Assembly (NCBI GenBank): GCA_046329805.1
Contig: JAXLUA010000004.1
Span: forward strand, 183,263 to 247,262
Origin: Chitinophagales bacterium
GTDB taxonomy: Bacteria > Bacteroidota > Bacteroidia > Chitinophagales > JADIYW01
DNA length: 64,000 nt
Direction of reading: 5' to 3'
Made by a program: the position numbers and the translations under genes
The notes under the pieces: generated by a model
Told to the model about the DNA's origin: nothing
What the model saw: only the letters and a program-made list of their open reading frames with translations
The model's database searches: none
Shown: in pieces, positions 45,701 to 54,819 of the stretch
Layout: every line of letters begins with the position of its first letter
Position numbering within the stretch: position 1 is the stretch's first letter

Positions 45701-46529
45701 AAAGCAATATTTACAACAAAGTATCTGCGATGGCGACAGTATTAAAATCGGAACGACCATAATACATTCAGCCGGAGACTATAATATTCATTTGAATACT
45801 CCTGCCGGATGCGATAGCATTGTGTATTTATCACTTACCGTTTTAGCAAACTCAGCTTCAGTAGTGCAAAAAGAAATTTGCCAAGGAGAGGAATTTCACA
45901 TCGGCAATCAAACGTTTACAAAAACGGGGGAATATGTTATACATCAGCAAGCAAGTAATAGCTGCGACAGCACCATACAACTCACGTTAACGGTAAATCC
46001 AATACCTACTATTGATGCGGTAAGCAACAAAGATAAAGTGTATATAAATGAACAAGTACAACTCAATGTAATAAGTGAAGAAAATCTTTCTTACCATTGG
46101 ATGCCAATAGATATTGTGAGTAATTCTTTATTACAAAATCCTACTGCAATTATTACAGCACCTACATGGTTTTATGTTATCAGTACTAATCCAATCACAA
46201 AATGCACCGCAACGGATTCTGTGTTTGTAGGATTAAAATACTTACCCTGCAATAAAGATAACATCTATATTCCCAATGCCTTTACACCAAACGGAGACGG
46301 TATAAATGACGTTTTTATCCCACGCTCGTCCATATTAAAATCCATGAGATTAATCATAAACGACCGCTGGGGGCATGAAGTGTTTGAGAGTAACGACCTC
46401 AACAAAGGATGGGATGGCACCTACAAAGGAGAGCCTGCCCAAGTAGATGTGTATGGATATTATTTTATTGGAGAATGCCAGCAAGGCGATAAAATAACCC
46501 TTAAAGGAAATGTATCCTTATTGAGGTAA
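42762..46529 (+). CDS. Giant cell-surface protein with SBBP beta-propeller repeats, a PKD domain, six ~40-aa Cys-repeat modules and a T9SS type-B C-terminal domain
   Basis: SBBP-like YSTYLGGSSNE / STYFGGSGNDG / ATYYGGSADD. PKD: YFWDFGDNTSSTNQYPTHTYNNEGTYTV. Repeats: ICxGxxxxIGNQxFxxxGxYxIxLxxxxGCDSI. CTD: IYIPNAFTPNGDGINDVFIP...DRWGHEVFE...GWDGTYKG. Confidence 0.85.
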   Translation: MKKLNTIILLLLSHLLFAEKSSTTKLDFIKNEGQWENPILYKVDLHGGGWAFLENSGITYTFLDKKENHPTKETHTETINGHSFKVKWLNANPQLKAEGQDPEAYYNNYFSGNDKSKWKSNVGIYQTVFYHNVYPNIDFKIYSENAALKSDYIVHKSGNPSDLKFRYDGLENITIEENGRLKLTTSINTLYELKPYAYQIINGVKKEVACRYAYQNKVLTFIIPDGYNKNYDLVIDPTLIFSTYSGSFSDNWGSSATHDNNGNMFLGGIALGAAYPTTVGAFQTNFNGGDGSEPTDVVITKFNATGTARMYSTYLGGSSNELLASLLCTPNNELIAVMTTSSLDFPTTANAYSKTFSGGSYIIAYDIFMPNGSDVAISKFNANGTALIGSTYFGGSGNDGTNLGAFTAFNYGDQSRSDVAIDNTGNIYITSTTNSTDLPSTAGKAQPVYGGGESDGFVAKFNANLSALSWATYYGGSADDVAYSMSIDKNNAIFICGGTSSTNLPNTRNGLNPNYQGGVLDGYVAKINNTGTAVLAATYLGTSEYDQAYILDLDNKDNVGIFGQTLGNYLVSNGVYSNTGGKQFIQKLNNNLNSSIFSTVFGSKNSPTINITPTAFLIDVCNNIYAAGWGGNVNYTGNTDSMAVTSDAYKKTTDKSDFYLINLNANASSLKYATYFGEDGGIGDHVDGGTSRFDKNGIIYQAVCASCGATNAFPVTPGVVGPHNNSNNCNMAGFKFKFDLTALQIITATATPANGCAPLSVNFNYTSSAPGVSYFWDFGDNTSSTNQYPTHTYNNEGTYTVKFIIKDPNNCNPIDSTTLKITVGTKQTTQIDTTICQGQTVTINHQQFSTSGNYTITLRNALGCDSIIQLKLKVNPTKENRISTTICKGASISIGNQQFSTAGNYTIPLSTTLGCDSIIYLNLQVSDTLFTTLQKTICKGQSYTIGNTTFYQSGSYSIPFKSAFECDSIVKLTLTVADTVKQYLQQSICDGDSIKIGTTIIHSAGDYNIHLNTPAGCDSIVYLSLTVLANSASVVQKEICQGEEFHIGNQTFTKTGEYVIHQQASNSCDSTIQLTLTVNPIPTIDAVSNKDKVYINEQVQLNVISEENLSYHWMPIDIVSNSLLQNPTAIITAPTWFYVISTNPITKCTATDSVFVGLKYLPCNKDNIYIPNAFTPNGDGINDVFIPRSSILKSMRLIINDRWGHEVFESNDLNKGWDGTYKGEPAQVDVYGYYFIGECQQGDKITLKGNVSLLR

Positions 46530-46563
46530 AATTATTTGAAAAAATTAAACTATATTAGCGCAT

Positions 46564-48300
46564 ATGAAAAGAGTATTCATTTTAAGCCTATTCGTGGCTA
46601 CTGTTTTTAAGACAATTACAGCACAGGATCCACATTTTAGTCAAATACAATACAACCCATTATACTTAAACCCTGCATTTGCGGGAGTAACCGAATATGG
46701 AAAAGCCAATCGATTAGCCGGATTATACAGAGATCAATGGCGTACATTGCCCGTTCCCTATTCTACCACTACGGCCACCTATGATCGTACTTTGAAAAAA
46801 TTTCCCAAAGGATGGCTTTTAGGCGGAGGATTGAGTTTTCTGTATGATAGAGCCGGAGATGGACATTTAAGTATTTTCAATCCCAATCTTACCATGAATT
46901 TTGGTAAATATTTCAATAAAGAAAAACAATTACTGACCGTGGGTATTACTGCCGGTATTACTGTAAAAACATTAGATTATTTAGGTTTACAATTTGACAA
47001 TCAATACAATGGCTCGTCTTTCGATCCTAATTTACCTTCAGGTGAAGCATTTTCTAACAATAACATATCCTATCCTAATTTTACGTTAGGCGTAAACTTC
47101 CGTACTAAAATAAAAGGAAATTCTACTTTGGATATTGGTGGTACAACATCGAATCTGCACCAACCGAATCAGAATTTTTTATATTATACCACCTCTAAAT
47201 TACCCTCACGCCACACCGCTTATGCAAAAGCTAAAATTGGTATAAAAGACAATTGGAATATACAACCGGGAGTTTTCTTCCAAAACCAAAAGAAAGCCAA
47301 TCAAGTATTGGTAAATGCCATTGCCGAAGTACGTTTTAGCGAGAAAAAAGACTTTGGTTTAGGCTTTGGTGCCGGTTATCGAGCTATCGGTAACGATGCA
47401 GCCATTGCTTACCTTTCTTTTTTATATAAAACATTGCGTATCGGTGCCGCTTACGATTTTAATGTATCCGGATTAAGAAAGGCCACAAAAGCACAAGGTG
47501 CATTTGAAATTGCTTTAAACTATGAATTTGGAACTATCAAAACTAAACAATGCCCGAAATGTCCGGTATATGTACCAGCAAATGTAGAAACTACACTACG
47601 TGTTAAATATGAAGATTCCTTAAATAACTTAATAGATACGGTTTTACATATCATTGTTCCATCTGACACCGTACAAAAACAATACTTAGATTCAATAGAA
47701 TTGAAATTAAAACCAATTGTATTCCAAACAGAAAGTCCTTCTATCCACATCGAAAGAACTAATGAAAAAATAATGACATTATTGCCAATTGAGTTATACT
47801 TTGACAATGATATACCGAAGGCAACCAAAGACAAATCCGTTCCAAACTTTAGTGATTTATATACCTCGTATAAATCTAAAACCGCAGAATTTACGGCACA
47901 TTCCAAAGATAAAGCCGGCGACATTAGCAGCTTCTTTGCTACGGTAGATAAAAATTACAACCGAGTAGATGATGTAATTCGTGAGCTGACTAATTTAGTA
48001 GATAGCGGATACGTGATAACTCTTGAATTTAGAGGATACGCCTCTCCGTTAGCGTCATCCGAGTATAATAAGAAATTATCGGAGCGACGTATTCAAAGTG
48101 TTGTTAAATTCTTTGAATCTCGATTAGGTGATAACTTTAAAATGCTGGCAAAAACGGCTTCTGAAGTGCCATTCGGAAAATCTATGGCTCCGAAAGATAT
48201 CAGTGATAGCAGAAAAGATATTGCAAACTCTGTATTTGGTATTGCAGCATCAAAACAACGAAAGGTAGAAATCATAGGTATTCGAATAGAAAAAAAATAA
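46564..48300 (+). CDS. PorP/SprF-family T9SS membrane protein fused to a C-terminal OmpA-like domain
   Basis: AQDPHFSQIQYNPLYLNPAFAG is the canonical PorP/SprF N-terminus. The C-terminus FRGYASPLASSEYNKKLSERRIQSV is OmpA-like. It lies directly downstream of two type-B CTD cargo genes. Confidence 0.8.
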   Translation: MKRVFILSLFVATVFKTITAQDPHFSQIQYNPLYLNPAFAGVTEYGKANRLAGLYRDQWRTLPVPYSTTTATYDRTLKKFPKGWLLGGGLSFLYDRAGDGHLSIFNPNLTMNFGKYFNKEKQLLTVGITAGITVKTLDYLGLQFDNQYNGSSFDPNLPSGEAFSNNNISYPNFTLGVNFRTKIKGNSTLDIGGTTSNLHQPNQNFLYYTTSKLPSRHTAYAKAKIGIKDNWNIQPGVFFQNQKKANQVLVNAIAEVRFSEKKDFGLGFGAGYRAIGNDAAIAYLSFLYKTLRIGAAYDFNVSGLRKATKAQGAFEIALNYEFGTIKTKQCPKCPVYVPANVETTLRVKYEDSLNNLIDTVLHIIVPSDTVQKQYLDSIELKLKPIVFQTESPSIHIERTNEKIMTLLPIELYFDNDIPKATKDKSVPNFSDLYTSYKSKTAEFTAHSKDKAGDISSFFATVDKNYNRVDDVIRELTNLVDSGYVITLEFRGYASPLASSEYNKKLSERRIQSVVKFFESRLGDNFKMLAKTASEVPFGKSMAPKDISDSRKDIANSVFGIAASKQRKVEIIGIRIEKK

Positions 48301-48305
48301 TTTTT

Positions 48306-48341
48306 AAAAAAAACCTCACCATTTTTGTGAGGTTTTTTTTT
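48306..48341 (+). terminator. Rho-independent terminator
   Basis: A-run, stem AACCTCAC (48312-48319) / GTGAGGTT (48327-48334), then a T-run to 48341. Confidence 0.8.
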
Positions 48342-48403
48342 AATTATATTGGAGATATTCTATCAATGTAGTATCTTACGAAAATATTATTTTTTCAAAT
48401 TAT

Positions 48404-50107
48404 ATGGCAACAGAAACAGAAGAAATCGTCGATTTACATCCGCAAGACCAAGATGCGAACAGAGTATTTGAGCAATACATAGAGAAAAAACCCAGCTCAT
48501 TATTGGTTCGGGTAATTATTACCATGCGTCATTTTTCAGGCTTAATTTTGGGTGGCGGCTACGCCTACCTGCGCCACCGTCGAGCCACTAAAGCAAAATT
48601 CAGCTTACTGCAAGACGTGTTTCTACGAATTTTCTTATGGTTACACTGGCCATTATTAAAAAAGAAATTAATAAAACAGCCTTTTTCCGTTCAGTTGCGC
48701 CGCCGATTAGAGATGTTGGGTGCAACTTATATTAAATTAGGGCAAATCATGAGTTTGCGCGAAGACATGCTTCCAAAAGACATTACGGATGAATTAAAGA
48801 AATTATTAGATACGTTACCTGCAATCAGCTACGAGCGTTTTACGGAATTAGTAGAAATACAAATCGGTCAGCCATTGCATAAAGTATTTACCGAAGTAAA
48901 ACAAAATCCGTTAGGCTCTGCTTCAATTGCACAAACACATAGAGCTACATTAAGAACAGGAGAAGATGTAGTGTTGAAATTGATAAAACCGGGCACACGC
49001 GAATTAATACAAACTGACAGCCGAATAATAAAAGTAATGGGTGCATTTTTGGAATTATTTATTCCACATTTACAACCTAAAAACATGTTTACGGAATTTT
49101 GCGATTATACGAACCGAGAAGTAGATTTTAAATTAGAAGCGGATAATGCGGAAGAATTTACCGCTAATTTCATTAAACATAGTGCAATACATTTTCCAAA
49201 AATATATCGTGATTATACGACAAGCGATTTAATATGCATGGAATTTATTAGAGGTATAAAGCCCGACCAACGTGCTTATGAACGCTACAACGAAGAAGAT
49301 AGAGCAAAAATTGTCGATTATGGTGCTTATGCTATAATCCAAATGCTTTATCATGATGGTTTTTTCCATGCCGACTTACATCCTGGAAATTTGCTTATTG
49401 TAGATGGTGCCAACGGACCTGAAGTTGGATTCATAGATTTAGGAATGGTAGGACGTTTTGAGGACAATACCCGAAAAACAATGCTCTACTATTTCAATAG
49501 TTTAGTAATGGGCGACCCGCAAGGGGCAGCAAGATATTTGACATTATTAGCGCGTAAAGGAAAAGATTCAGATGTAGAAGGATTCCGTAGAGCCTTTTTA
49601 GCTATTGGAAACAAATGGCTGAAAGCACCCAACTTTAAAGATTTTTCTTTGGCAAAATTAATTTTAGAATCCGTAGGCTTGGGGGCAAAATACAGAATGT
49701 ACTACCCTTTAGAATTAGTGCTAATGGTTAAAGCAATCATCACTTACGAAGGGGTTGGCAACGTAATTATGCCTGGATTTGACATACAAAAAGTTTCTAA
49801 AAAACATATTCGCAAAATGATTTTGGGAGAAGTAAATCCGGTGGAATTATTTAAATCACAATTACAAAATGCTCCTGAAATCATGGATATCATCACGCGT
49901 TCGCCAATGGTATTATCCGAAGCATTCAAGCAGTTTGAAACCCGATTAGTAGAAAAGAAAAAACCATTAGCCGGCGGAATCCAAAATACAATTTTAGGCG
50001 GTTGTTGCATCATCGGAGGGTCGATACTTGCGGCGGCCGGTTTGCAATGGTTTGTATTTAGTCCATTGCTTGTATTCGGCTTTATTGTTGCTTTAAAATC
50101 AGAATAA
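48404..50107 (+). CDS. ABC1/UbiB/AarF-family atypical protein kinase
   Basis: LGATYIKLGQIMSLREDMLP, PLGSASIAQTHRA and FFHADLHPGNLLI. C-terminal TM segment. Confidence 0.85.
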   Translation: MATETEEIVDLHPQDQDANRVFEQYIEKKPSSLLVRVIITMRHFSGLILGGGYAYLRHRRATKAKFSLLQDVFLRIFLWLHWPLLKKKLIKQPFSVQLRRRLEMLGATYIKLGQIMSLREDMLPKDITDELKKLLDTLPAISYERFTELVEIQIGQPLHKVFTEVKQNPLGSASIAQTHRATLRTGEDVVLKLIKPGTRELIQTDSRIIKVMGAFLELFIPHLQPKNMFTEFCDYTNREVDFKLEADNAEEFTANFIKHSAIHFPKIYRDYTTSDLICMEFIRGIKPDQRAYERYNEEDRAKIVDYGAYAIIQMLYHDGFFHADLHPGNLLIVDGANGPEVGFIDLGMVGRFEDNTRKTMLYYFNSLVMGDPQGAARYLTLLARKGKDSDVEGFRRAFLAIGNKWLKAPNFKDFSLAKLILESVGLGAKYRMYYPLELVLMVKAIITYEGVGNVIMPGFDIQKVSKKHIRKMILGEVNPVELFKSQLQNAPEIMDIITRSPMVLSEAFKQFETRLVEKKKPLAGGIQNTILGGCCIIGGSILAAAGLQWFVFSPLLVFGFIVALKSE

Positions 50108-50120
50108 TTACAGTACCGGC

Positions 50121-50618
50121 TTATTCGTTAGTTATTTCAAAAAGAAGTAATTGCTCTTCTGCATGGGTAATAATTTCCTTATACCTTAATCCGAGGTTTT
50201 GCAATAAGCTAATTGCATTTTTATTTTCAGGGAGTGTAATTCCAGCTACTTTCTTTATAGACTTATTTTCTAACACACTATCTAAATACGCTCTTGATGC
50301 TTCAAAGGTGTATCCGCATTTTTCAAAATTTGGCAAAATTGCAAATCCAATATCAGGGCAATCATAAGTAGCTCTATACAAAAATGTCACTACCCCAATA
50401 GGCTGTTTGGATTGTTTAAGTTCAAAAATATGATAGAAATAATTTGGATGCCGGAGTATTTCCAAAATATATTGTTCACTCCCTTTTATGTTATTAATTT
50501 TTCTATCGCCGATGTATTTTTTCCAACTTTCAGTATTTACTAATTCCAAAATAAATGCGGCATCAGTTATATGCATCGGTCTAATGCTCAACCTCGGTGT
50601 TTCGATGTTTTTAAACAT
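50121..50618 (-). CDS. GNAT-family N-acetyltransferase (RimJ/RimL-like)
   Basis: 165 aa. The N-terminus TPRLSIRPMHITDA and the GNAT core pattern IGFAILPNFEKCGYTFEA. Confidence 0.7.
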   Translation of the reverse strand: MFKNIETPRLSIRPMHITDAAFILELVNTESWKKYIGDRKINNIKGSEQYILEILRHPNYFYHIFELKQSKQPIGVVTFLYRATYDCPDIGFAILPNFEKCGYTFEASRAYLDSVLENKSIKKVAGITLPENKNAISLLQNLGLRYKEIITHAEEQLLLFEITNE

Positions 50619-50621
50619 AAT

Positions 50622-51356
50622 TTATTTATTTACCAATGTACACTGTATATATTCTGCTGCAAGTTTATCTAAGAAAAAGTATAACATCTCATTCATTGAC
50701 GTATAATCAAAATTCCTTATTTCATTAGGTGTTTGAACAAATTTATGCGTTGTATTATTCATTAAAAGAGATGCATCTTCTGCAATCAACATTTCCACAA
50801 CTTCAGGAGTAAATTCAGGATGGCATTGAAATCCGTACACCAAATTTGAGTACGAAATAATTTGCCTTGGACAGCCGAAGCTTTTAGCTAAAACATTGCA
50901 CTTTTCTGTAAGTCCCGGCATATCGCTATGCCAATGTCCTACCTTTACAATATTTCCAAAATGCTTTATTTTATTATCTCTCAGCCCCTCTTGTGTAAGT
51001 GTTATCGGCAGTACTCCGATTTCTTTCTCAGGGCTGCGCTCAAATGCAGCGCCCATTGCTTCGCCAATAAGCTGTGCTCCAAGGCATGCTCCGACAACCG
51101 CTTTGCGGTTATTAATCATTTTTCTAATAAAATTTATCTCGGCTTTTGCATCAAAGTATGGGCATTCTTCCTTGCTTGTATTCGGACTTTGAGGACCGCC
51201 CATTACAATAAGTACATCGATATTTTCAACTGTTTCCGGCAATAAATTATATTCAAAAACTTTGGTAAAACTTACCTTGTGATTTCTACTGATTGCCCAA
51301 TCTAAATATGCGCCAGGTGCTTCAAAAATTTCGTGTTGTATAAAATGAATATGCAT
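50622..51356 (-). CDS. Class I (type 1) glutamine amidotransferase-like protein
   Basis: VVGACLGAQLIGEAMG (nucleophile elbow Cys) and FQCHPEF (His-Glu). The start was trimmed from 51398 to 51356. Confidence 0.75.
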   Translation of the reverse strand: MHIHFIQHEIFEAPGAYLDWAISRNHKVSFTKVFEYNLLPETVENIDVLIVMGGPQSPNTSKEECPYFDAKAEINFIRKMINNRKAVVGACLGAQLIGEAMGAAFERSPEKEIGVLPITLTQEGLRDNKIKHFGNIVKVGHWHSDMPGLTEKCNVLAKSFGCPRQIISYSNLVYGFQCHPEFTPEVVEMLIAEDASLLMNNTTHKFVQTPNEIRNFDYTSMNEMLYFFLDKLAAEYIQCTLVNK

Positions 51357-51575
51357 AATTGATTTTGTAGTCCGTAACAAATCGAAAAATACTAACAAAT
51401 GTAATAGAATTTACAGCTTAATCAAGCTACCAACTTAAACAAAAAAAGCAGTATAAGCATAGTTTTAATAAGCAAAAGCAGCAGTAATGAAAAATAGGTG
51501 GTATTTGGAACACTACGTTTCTTTATATTGAATAGGATCATTTAAAAGTAGAAGTTTATTGTATTTACTTACCAT

Positions 51576-51600
51576 AAAAAAAGGGCTGCATAGCAGCCCC
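51576..51600 (-). terminator. Rho-independent terminator downstream of the LytTR regulator gene
   Basis: Stem GGGCTGC (51583-51589) / GCAGCCC (51593-51599). On the minus strand it is followed by a T7 run (complement of 51576-51582). Confidence 0.7.
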
Positions 51601-51728
51601 ATAGAAACATAAAAACCCTTGAGAAATATAATGCTAAACGCATTAACTCCTTTCGAAATTGTACTATATTAGTGAAACACGCTCGTTAAATTGTGTTAAC
51701 GGTCAAATGAATGCGTAAGCGGTAAAAT

Positions 51729-52499
51729 TTATATAGCTTGGTAAGCTATTTTATCAAAAAAATCTTTCTTTTTTCTTCTGGAAATCTCTACTAATGAACC
51801 ATCCGCGAGTTTTACGGAGTAATTTCCATTATCATTCACTATATTTTTTACTTTCGTCAGGTTTACAATAAAAGAGCGATGAATACGCATAAAATTAAGC
51901 GGTTCCAATATCTCTTCAAATACAGAGAGTGTCTTAGAGGCGATAATCTTTTTATTGTTTTCTAAAAAAATAACGGTGTAATTGCTTTCCGACTCCAACT
52001 TGATGATGTCGCCCGATTTTATAAAAACAGCACCTTCGTTGGTGTTAATCATTATTTTATTTTCCTGAAGATTTTGTTGATTTAATTTATCTACATAAGA
52101 AGATAACTCATCTACGGTTAATAGCTTAGAGTACATTTCCAAGCGGCTTTGTACCTTTTGTAATGCAATATCAAGCTCCGCAAGCTTTACGGGCTTTAAG
52201 ATATAATCTGCAACATTCCGTTTTATGGCATCAATTGCATATTTATCATGCGAGGTAACAAAAACTGTTTCAAAAGTTCCTGTATCTTCATAATGCTGAA
52301 ATAATTCCATGCCTTTTCCATCCGGTAGTTCAACATCTAAAAATATTAGTTGAGGTTTATGTTGGTCTATGGCTTCTTTAGCCTGTCGTAATGTAGCGCA
52401 TGCCGCTTGTACCTTAGTGGATATCTTTGCTTTGGGCAGCATATCCAAAAGCATATCTCTAAAAATGGGGTCATCTTCAATAACAATTACAGAAATCAT
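51729..52499 (-). CDS. LytR/AlgR-family response regulator (receiver plus LytTR DNA-binding domain)
   Basis: ISVIVIEDDPIF...FLDVELPDG receiver domain, and C-terminal FMRIHRSFIVNL LytTR motif. Confidence 0.9.
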   Translation of the reverse strand: MISVIVIEDDPIFRDMLLDMLPKAKISTKVQAACATLRQAKEAIDQHKPQLIFLDVELPDGKGMELFQHYEDTGTFETVFVTSHDKYAIDAIKRNVADYILKPVKLAELDIALQKVQSRLEMYSKLLTVDELSSYVDKLNQQNLQENKIMINTNEGAVFIKSGDIIKLESESNYTVIFLENNKKIIASKTLSVFEEILEPLNFMRIHRSFIVNLTKVKNIVNDNGNYSVKLADGSLVEISRRKKKDFFDKIAYQAI

Positions 52500-52555
52500 A
52501 GTCGCTGAGCGTGTATATGTTAAAAATAATGCTTATTTTTCAAATATCAAACACC

Positions 52556-54778
52556 ATGAACAAAATAATTAACATAGAAGCCGCTGAAAAATTCATCTAT
52601 AATTTTGAAGCACATCGACACGATATTGAGAATCAAACAGAAATCTACTCACTATTAAGAGACTGTGAATTAATAGCAACAGTAAATTCACAAACAAAGT
52701 TATTAGCTAAAGTAAGAATATTATTAACTGAATATTTTATTCAAATAAACGATTTAGAAAATGCACTTAAAATAGCATTTACCAACAAAAATAGTACCGA
52801 ACAAGAAGGGCTCGAAGAAGAACAATTAAATTGCTATTCGGGTTTACTAAGAGTTTTGTATCTCTTAGGAGATTACAGCAGATTGGAAGAATTTATTACT
52901 ATTTATAGAGATAAACTGGAACGTACGAATAACCAACAAAAATTATGTAGTTTAAATATCATTTCCGCCATTCAATATTACACTCTTAAAGAATATTCTA
53001 AATGCTTTGAGGCAAATGAAAAAGCATTGGAATATGCAGAAAAAACTAACGATATTACACTATTGGTTTATATCTATAACAATTATGGATCGCATTGCTT
53101 AGAACAAAAACCCGAACACGCTTTAGAATTATTAAACAAATGTATTGCTTTATATAAAAAACATCCTGACAGTAATCTTTCCGAAATTATACTAATTGCA
53201 GCACATGTAAATCTTGCAAATTTACACTTAAAAAATGGTGACTACAGAAAATGTAACAAATGCTTAGATACCGGAATAAGCATAGCAAAAACAACTAAAA
53301 ACAACAACTTGCTTTTAGATTGTGAAATAAAGCTCACCGAATTATTTATAAAATCTAAAAAATATGATGTAGCCAAAAAAATGCTGCTTAGAAACAAAGA
53401 TGTATGCAAAAAAAATAACGACCGACATCATCTATTAGAAATTTACAAGCTACTGCAAGAAGTATATTCTGTAACAAAAGAATTCGAAGCCGCCTATTTA
53501 TTTCTGAATAAGTACATGCAATTAAAAGATGAAATATTTAACGAAGAAACCTTACAGAAAATTAAAAACCTTCAGATACTAAATGAAGTACGTGAAATAA
53601 AACAGCAGCGCGACCACGCCGAGCGTTTAGCACGATTAAAACACGATTTTTTGGCAAATATGAGTCACGAAATCAGAACACCGATAAATAGCGTGTTGGG
53701 TATCTGCTATTTACTGCAACAGGGAAATTTAAATACGGCACAGCAAAAAGATTATTTAACACGATTAGAAAACTCAGGAAATAATTTATTGCATTTAATC
53801 AATGAAGTATTGGATATTTCAAAAATTGAAGCCGATAAAATTGAGTTGATAAATGCACCGTTTTCTTTTCATCAACTTCTAACCAATATTATACTGGCAC
53901 TACAACCGAAAGCCGATGAAAAAAATATTGATTTAATTTTAAAAATATCCCAAAAATCAGATCCAATTATTATTGGCGATGAAAATAGAATATCGCAAAT
54001 ATTAACCAATATAATTTCAAACTCCATAAAATTTACTCAAACAGGATCGGTAACGGTAACCGGTAAGCTCCTGCCTTCAGAAAATCCAAATGGGTTTTAC
54101 ACCTTACAGTGTACTATAAAAGATACCGGCATTGGTATTCCACAAGATAGACTGGAGAAAATATTCGAACGGTATGAGCAGGCTATCACAGAATTTAAAA
54201 CTCAATTTGGCGGTACAGGATTAGGCTTGGCTATCAGCAAAAAACTTACAGATTTGATGAATGGGCACATTACCGTTGAAAGTAAATTAAACAAAGGCAC
54301 CTCTTTTACCATTAGCATTCCCGTAAAAACAACAACAGATAACGTAGAACAAAAAATTATTATAGATGACCGTTCTTTCTTAGATAATACTGTATTTGTT
54401 ATTGCTGATGATTTAAAAGAAAGTAGAAAACTTTTCAAAGAAGTGTTATTGCAGTTTAATGATACCATAAAATTTTATGAAGCAAAAAATGGACACGAAG
54501 CACTGGAGTTAACCCGGAAGCATCAACCAGATGTTGTCTTCATGGATTTAGATATGCCGATTTTAAATGGATTTGAAGCCATTCATTTATTGCGGAATAG
54601 CGAGCAATACCCCAAAAATATAGTCATTGCGCATACAGCCTGTTTATTAGCGATGGGAATGGACGAATTGACTGCAATGGGCTTTAACGATCTTCTTACT
54701 AAGCCCTTTCGACCGAATGATTTGCTGATAAAATTACAGACTCATTTAAAACAAAATAAGTCGGTATTAAACGAATAA
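52556..54778 (+). CDS. Soluble hybrid sensor histidine kinase (TPR-like N-terminal region, HisKA, HATPase_c, receiver)
   Basis: H-box HDFLANMSHEIRTPIN, N/G boxes NSIKFT and GTGLGLAISKKL, receiver VFMDLDMPILNG...TKPF. No TM helix seen. The start is ambiguous (GTG 52511 to ATG 52556). Confidence 0.85.
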   Translation: MNKIINIEAAEKFIYNFEAHRHDIENQTEIYSLLRDCELIATVNSQTKLLAKVRILLTEYFIQINDLENALKIAFTNKNSTEQEGLEEEQLNCYSGLLRVLYLLGDYSRLEEFITIYRDKLERTNNQQKLCSLNIISAIQYYTLKEYSKCFEANEKALEYAEKTNDITLLVYIYNNYGSHCLEQKPEHALELLNKCIALYKKHPDSNLSEIILIAAHVNLANLHLKNGDYRKCNKCLDTGISIAKTTKNNNLLLDCEIKLTELFIKSKKYDVAKKMLLRNKDVCKKNNDRHHLLEIYKLLQEVYSVTKEFEAAYLFLNKYMQLKDEIFNEETLQKIKNLQILNEVREIKQQRDHAERLARLKHDFLANMSHEIRTPINSVLGICYLLQQGNLNTAQQKDYLTRLENSGNNLLHLINEVLDISKIEADKIELINAPFSFHQLLTNIILALQPKADEKNIDLILKISQKSDPIIIGDENRISQILTNIISNSIKFTQTGSVTVTGKLLPSENPNGFYTLQCTIKDTGIGIPQDRLEKIFERYEQAITEFKTQFGGTGLGLAISKKLTDLMNGHITVESKLNKGTSFTISIPVKTTTDNVEQKIIIDDRSFLDNTVFVIADDLKESRKLFKEVLLQFNDTIKFYEAKNGHEALELTRKHQPDVVFMDLDMPILNGFEAIHLLRNSEQYPKNIVIAHTACLLAMGMDELTAMGFNDLLTKPFRPNDLLIKLQTHLKQNKSVLNE

Positions 54779-54819
54779 TACCGACTAAAATACAACTAGT
54801 TTTTTCTATTAACTTTTAT

